Shown one piece after another: positions 5,988 through 10,502 of a stretch of DNA of 10,502 nucleotides (within the stretch, counting starts at the first letter, position 1; each line of letters starts with the position of its first letter). Both the position numbers and the translations under genes were made by a program. The notes beneath the pieces are model-generated. The model saw only the letters and a list, made by a program, of their open reading frames with translations, was not told where the DNA came from and did no database searches. This DNA is from a bacterium (GTDB lineage: Bacteria > Hydrothermota > 32-111). The stretch lies in contig JAWOBN010000048.1 of NCBI GenBank assembly GCA_046484245.1, positions 1 through 10,502 on the forward strand. Direction: 5' to 3'.

Positions 5988-7883
5988 ATGAAATACAGAT
6001 TGACTGTATATCTGCTTATAATATCACTGCTTCCACTCAGTGCATTCTCCATGCACGCGGATGAATGCAGTATTGCTTTCAGTGAAACAGGGAAGAGTTC
6101 ATTCTTTGATTATTACAATGATCTGATTGAAAATAATGAGCGCATTATTCTTACAAGTGATTTTCTCTTCTACCTGGAGCATCTCTTCCTGGATTATTCA
6201 CTGAGGTACACAGAGGAGCAGTATCTTATGGATGATTTTGAATTATTTCTAAGTAAAGCCATTGACATGACAGCAGCCAGATACGGTGATTGTACAAATG
6301 ACGGATTAAGGGATTCCTATGAGAGGATCATGGCTTATCTCTATGTGCCCCTCAAGATACTCAATGATGATACAGTGATACCGCCGGCATTCCGGGATTA
6401 TGTCAGTAAGGAGATATCACTGATAAATGCCCAGGCATTCAATAAAAAATCCCCTGTTTTTATGAGAAAGGAGGATTATACGCAGTATAAGCCGAGGGGG
6501 CATTATACAAGCTCAGAGGAACTCAAGAAATATTTCAAGGCAATGATGTGGCTGCAGAGAATGCGTTTTGAAGCTGACGCTGATATACCTGACAGGCATC
6601 TGTTCACCAGATGCATAGTGATGCTTGCTGATATAACAGAGACGAAGCAGATTAAAAGCATTTTTGCGCCGATTGATGATATTATCTCATTCTATCTGCC
6701 CAGGAGTGATGATATTACATTCACTGAGGCATATGGATTATTCCCCGGTGAGATTAAAGATGAAAATCTCCTGAACAATGAACTCCTGGATGATTATGTA
6801 TCTATACTCAGGGCAAATTCAGATGCAGTGATACGCTCTGATATTCTTGCTGACACTGATAATATGCCTCTGTTTGCAGGCCTGATGGGCCAGAGATACA
6901 TATTTGATTCACATCTCTTTACTGAACTTGTCTATCCTGCAGTGGGCAAATTCACCGGAACACGCAAGGATGTCTTCACACTGGGCAGTGGTGTCAGATT
7001 ATTCCCGCGCTCATTGGATCTTTTCTATCTAATAGGGTCCCGGACAGCAGGGGAGATACTCACAGTCCGGCAGGATAATGCCTATGAAAATTACAATAAG
7101 CAGCTCAATGGAATGAAAGCAGTATATGAGCAACTGGGTGATAACAATCTGTACAACAAAATGCTAGCCCAGTACAGTCATATGCTGAAAACAGACAGTG
7201 ATATATGTTTCATGAATAATGAGTTGTGGAAGTACAAGACACTCAATACTGTTCTTGCATCATGGGCATACCTGAGGCATGATGTGATTCTCTATGCCAA
7301 ACAGTCCTATACTGCCAAGATCACATCTGCAAAGCCAATGCCTGAAAAGAAGATATATTTTATTGCAGAGCCGTACATTGAACTGTACAGTATTATGAAG
7401 AATGACATGGAGTTCATATCAGAAAAATTATCCGGCTATACCGGTGACAGTAAGTACTCTGATGCTTCTGACGCTATTGTATCAATGATTGAACTCCAGA
7501 CTCAGATCGGAGAAAAAACAGTGAAGGGCAAAGCATCGGAAAGAAGCAGTGATGTCAAATATGCCCTTTCTCTTGCTGAAAGGGCATTGAAACGATTCCT
7601 CTCAGGCAGCAGCAAGGAGGAGAATGCTGTGATGATAGCTGATATACATACTGACCCGAATTCTAAACAGGTGCTTGAAGTTGGAACAGGCAGAATAATG
7701 AATATGCACATTGAACAGAGCAGTTATGTTTATACAGGCGGTATCATACCGTTCTATGAGTTCAAACAGCCTGCAGACAAACGGCTTACTGACGGGGAAT
7801 GGCGCAATATGATAAAGAACAATGAGAATGACAGTTTACTGAGACCATGGCAGGAGTTGCTCTTTGAGGATAATAGCAGGTAA
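5988..7883 (+). CDS. DUF3160 domain-containing exported protein
   Basis: Signal peptide; motifs DYTQYKPRGHYT..EELKKYFKAMMW, LMGQRYIFDS, LNTVLASWAYLRHDVILYAKQSY, IADIHTDP...VLEVGTG and FYEF....RLTDGEW, recognised as DUF3160. SD GGAGG at 5979-5983. Function unknown. Confidence 0.85.
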   Translation: MKYRLTVYLLIISLLPLSAFSMHADECSIAFSETGKSSFFDYYNDLIENNERIILTSDFLFYLEHLFLDYSLRYTEEQYLMDDFELFLSKAIDMTAARYGDCTNDGLRDSYERIMAYLYVPLKILNDDTVIPPAFRDYVSKEISLINAQAFNKKSPVFMRKEDYTQYKPRGHYTSSEELKKYFKAMMWLQRMRFEADADIPDRHLFTRCIVMLADITETKQIKSIFAPIDDIISFYLPRSDDITFTEAYGLFPGEIKDENLLNNELLDDYVSILRANSDAVIRSDILADTDNMPLFAGLMGQRYIFDSHLFTELVYPAVGKFTGTRKDVFTLGSGVRLFPRSLDLFYLIGSRTAGEILTVRQDNAYENYNKQLNGMKAVYEQLGDNNLYNKMLAQYSHMLKTDSDICFMNNELWKYKTLNTVLASWAYLRHDVILYAKQSYTAKITSAKPMPEKKIYFIAEPYIELYSIMKNDMEFISEKLSGYTGDSKYSDASDAIVSMIELQTQIGEKTVKGKASERSSDVKYALSLAERALKRFLSGSSKEENAVMIADIHTDPNSKQVLEVGTGRIMNMHIEQSSYVYTGGIIPFYEFKQPADKRLTDGEWRNMIKNNENDSLLRPWQELLFEDNSR

Positions 7884-8412
7884 ATACGCAAACAGGAATC
7901 TGTCAACAAAGGGTATCAACAGAAAAATAACAAGACCTGTTCAGGCAATAATCAGGAAATCGGTGTTCTCCAAACTCGGTGATATAAGGGGCAGCACAGT
8001 ACTGGACCTTTTCTGCGGCACCGGTGTGATGGGCATGGAATCGCTCTCACGTGGGTGTGATTATGCAATATTTGCAGACAGAAACAGGCATAATATAAAA
8101 ATACTGCATGAGAATATGCAATCACTCAATGAGGAGAATTATGAAGCTCATGCTGTTGATTTCAGAATGGCTCTAAAGGCAATGAACAACAATGACAAGC
8201 AGGCTGATATCATTATTGCCGACCCCCCGCATAAATGGGTTGAAAAATTCTCTGTATTAAATTATATTAGTAAATACAATGTGCTGGCTCCCGGGGGTAT
8301 TGTGATACATCATATGTCCAGAGACCAGAGCTTGAAGCAGGAAGGATTCGCTGATATTGACAGTGCAGTATTCGGCAGAAATAAATTTATTATCTTCAGA
8401 GAGGAGAATTAA
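7864..8412 (+). CDS. rsmD: RsmD-family 16S rRNA m2G966 methyltransferase
   Basis: MRIIAGKY, TRP, VLDLFCGTGVMGMESLSRG, DPP motif. TTG start with upstream AGGAG. Conserved rsmD-coaD adjacency. Overlaps the upstream gene by 20 bp. Confidence 0.88.
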   Translation: MRIIAGKYANRNLSTKGINRKITRPVQAIIRKSVFSKLGDIRGSTVLDLFCGTGVMGMESLSRGCDYAIFADRNRHNIKILHENMQSLNEENYEAHAVDFRMALKAMNNNDKQADIIIADPPHKWVEKFSVLNYISKYNVLAPGGIVIHHMSRDQSLKQEGFADIDSAVFGRNKFIIFREEN

Positions 8413-8891
8413 TGGAAGTAGTGTATCCGGGAACTTTTGACCCGATAACAAAGGGGCATATTGACATACTTGAGAGAGCTCTCAATGTATTTGACTCAGT
8501 GACAGTGCTCATATCAAATAATCCCACGAAAGAAACACTGTTCAATGTGGAAGAGAGGAGAGATATGACTGAAGAGGCAGTAGCATATCTTGAGAATGTC
8601 CATGTGAAGAGCTATGAGGGGCTCATTGTCAATTATATAAGGAAGAATAATGTCAAGACAGTTATCAGGGGCCTCAGGGCTGTATCTGATTTTGAATATG
8701 AATTCCAGATGGCAATGACAAACAGGCGTCTCTATAAGGAATTTGATGTGATGTTTTTCATTACTGACATGAAGTATATCTATCTCAGTTCCTCCATTGT
8801 CAAGGAAATTGGAAAATTCAATGGCGACATTTCCCGCATGGTTCCGGAAAATGTTGCAGCAAAGATAAGGGCGAAGTTCAATAATGTATAG
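8412..8891 (+). CDS. coaD: Phosphopantetheine adenylyltransferase
   Basis: VYPGTFDPITKGHIDI, IRGLRAVSDFEYEFQMAMTNR and YLSSSIVKEI; 159 aa. TAATG overlap with rsmD and SD GAGGAG at 8401-8406. Confidence 0.98.
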   Translation: MEVVYPGTFDPITKGHIDILERALNVFDSVTVLISNNPTKETLFNVEERRDMTEEAVAYLENVHVKSYEGLIVNYIRKNNVKTVIRGLRAVSDFEYEFQMAMTNRRLYKEFDVMFFITDMKYIYLSSSIVKEIGKFNGDISRMVPENVAAKIRAKFNNV

Positions 8892-9663
8892 AAGACAGAG
8901 GCAGTCAATATTCTCAGGGAGTAATATCACCCTCTATCTGATAGGAATCAATGTTGCTCTCTTTATACTGGAGCTTGTTGCTTATGAGTTTCTTGTGCGC
9001 AATTTTGCATTGATACCTGTTCTTGTGACAAAGAGATTTTATCTGTGGCAATTCCTCACTCATATGTTCCTCCACGGAGGCCTCTGGCATTTATTCTTCA
9101 ATATGTTCGCTCTATTTATATTCGGTCTGCCCCTTGAGAGACATTGGGGCTCCAATAAATATCTCAAATACTATATTGTCGCGGGACTGGGCGGCGGGCT
9201 TCTTCACTATCTGATAGATCCGATGTCTGCCATACCGTCACTGGGAGCATCAGGGGCTGTTTACGGGCTTCTTCTGGCATTCGGTCTCACTTTCCCGAAC
9301 CGCGTGCTCTACATCAATTTCCTTATACCCATAAAGGCAAAATATGCAGTACTGATATTCGGCGGCATTGAACTGTTTCTGGGGATCACGGGTGCACAAT
9401 CGGGCATAGCCCACTTTGCTCATCTCGGCGGTCTCTTGACAGGACTGCTCTATCTCAAAGGCGGTGACTGGATTGGCAAGGTGAAGGGAACAGGCAAAGA
9501 CTCAAAGATCTTCCGCCAGTATGACAAAAAACAGAAGCAGTCAAAGAAAACGCGGTTTGATGAATTGATGGATAAGATTGCAGCAAAGGGGTATGATTCA
9601 CTGACAGAGAGAGAAAAAGCTGAACTGGACAAACTCTCTGCTGAAATATATTCTGATGACTGA
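8884..9663 (+). CDS. Rhomboid family intramembrane serine protease with a C-terminal DUF6576-like helical domain
   Basis: WQFLTHMFLHGGLWHLFFNM, catalytic GASG and AHFAHLGG. The tail FDELMDKIAAKGYDSLTEREKAELDKLS matches the conserved rhomboid C-terminal extension. Overlaps coaD by 8 bp. Confidence 0.94.
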   Translation: MYRRQRQSIFSGSNITLYLIGINVALFILELVAYEFLVRNFALIPVLVTKRFYLWQFLTHMFLHGGLWHLFFNMFALFIFGLPLERHWGSNKYLKYYIVAGLGGGLLHYLIDPMSAIPSLGASGAVYGLLLAFGLTFPNRVLYINFLIPIKAKYAVLIFGGIELFLGITGAQSGIAHFAHLGGLLTGLLYLKGGDWIGKVKGTGKDSKIFRQYDKKQKQSKKTRFDELMDKIAAKGYDSLTEREKAELDKLSAEIYSDD

Positions 9664-10502
9664 TATTTTCTACAGGAATTATGCTTCATTTCTCAGGGAG
9701 AAATTCGGCTGCAATGCGTATAAGATACCTATAAATATCAATACCACATGCCCCAACAGGGACGGCACATTATCAAGAGGCGGCTGCATCTACTGCTCCC
9801 GGGAAGGCTCAGGCACAGGCTCCGGTGCTTCTGTCAGAGAGCAGGTCACTCAATTCATTGAAAGAAACAAGGGGAAATACAGCAGGTTCATACCCTATTT
9901 TCAGTCATACTGCAATATGTACGGAGACTCCGCGTATCTCCTCAGTAAATACACTGAGGCAATAGGCCATCCCCTAACAGCAGGCATAGCCATTGCAACT
10001 AGACCCGATACTGTTAATGAGGAAGTATTGCGCAGTATAGCTTCACTGGGCATATTCACCCAGATTGAACTGGGGCTTGAGAGTGCGAATAATGATACAC
10101 TGCAGAGAATAAACAGACATGAGAGAGCAGAGACATTTGTCAGAGCATGCTCAGTGATAAGGGCAGTAATACCTGACGCGCATATTGTCGGGCATATGAT
10201 AATAGGACTCCCCGGCGAAACAGAGGAAGATTACTTCAATACCATGAGTATGATTGAAGATAATGCGGACGGCATCAAATTCCACAATCTCTATATAATC
10301 CGGGATACACCTATTGCTGATATGTTCTATAATGGTGACATAGAGCTCCTCCGGGAGAGCGAATATATTGAAATTATCATCCGCCTGATAAGAGCCATGA
10401 GTGAGGATATGGTTGTTCACAGATTGAAGTCCTCTGCAGATCCCCGCAGACTCATTGCCCCTCTCTGGGTTCTGGACAGGTATTTTCATGAGAAAATCGT
10501 TC
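9656..10502 (+). CDS. TIGR01212 family (YhcC/YtqA-like) radical SAM protein, 3'-truncated by the window
   Basis: Manual translation from ATG 9656 stays open to the window end (282 codons): MTDIFYRNYASFLREKFGCNAYKIPININTTCPNRDGTLSRGGCIYC...YFQSYCNMY...IATRPD...IELGLES...GHMIIGLPGE...DGIKFHNL...VVHRL...APLW. Overlaps the rhomboid gene by 8 bp (ATGACTGA). Not in the supplied ORF track. Confidence 0.93.
   Translation, partial: MTDIFYRNYASFLREKFGCNAYKIPININTTCPNRDGTLSRGGCIYCSREGSGTGSGASVREQVTQFIERNKGKYSRFIPYFQSYCNMYGDSAYLLSKYTEAIGHPLTAGIAIATRPDTVNEEVLRSIASLGIFTQIELGLESANNDTLQRINRHERAETFVRACSVIRAVIPDAHIVGHMIIGLPGETEEDYFNTMSMIEDNADGIKFHNLYIIRDTPIADMFYNGDIELLRESEYIEIIIRLIRAMSEDMVVHRLKSSADPRRLIAPLWVLDRYFHEKIV

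Noticed and set aside
1526..9689. Other short overlapping ORFs (1526-1711, 1532-1723, 2299-2673, 2670-2867, 5213-5401, 5259-5534, 5732-6052, 7502-7711, 8257-8451, 8514-8930, 9450-9689)
   Set aside because: They are off-frame or antisense to genes with clear family motifs and have no independent support. The Cys-rich composition of some reflects shifted reading of GCA, ACA and TGC-rich codons.
10151..10489. 112-aa minus-strand ORF
   Set aside because: Antisense shadow of the radical SAM gene on the + strand.

Overview
Bacterial chromosomal window; all credible genes are on the + strand. It contains: (1) the 3' end of a secreted protein with an Ig-like domain and a T9SS-type/FlgD-Ig C-terminal domain (<2-679), followed by a strong intrinsic terminator; (2) an AT-rich intergenic region of about 870 bp (680-1553) with several kinds of repeat; and (3) a tightly packed run of nine genes behind a near-consensus sigma70 promoter. 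The nine genes are lemA, htpX (with an extra N-terminal C4 zinc finger), a GT2 glycosyltransferase, an S8 protease with a CTD-like tail, a DUF3160 protein, rsmD, coaD, a rhomboid protease, and a TIGR01212-type radical SAM gene that runs off the window and is absent from the ORF track. Most genes belong to known families. The most unusual material is intergenic: a 158-bp element with 39-bp terminal inverted repeats (34/39 identical), a third copy of the same CCCGGGGAC-tagged end, possible frameshifted traces of a REP-associated tyrosine transposase, and an 82-bp-period tandem repeat just upstream of the lemA promoter. The CTD-bearing proteins suggest an FCB-type lineage, possibly a candidate phylum (inference only). 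I cannot confirm a new system from the sequence alone. The best leads are the repeat complex and the zinc-finger HtpX/LemA multi-protease operon.
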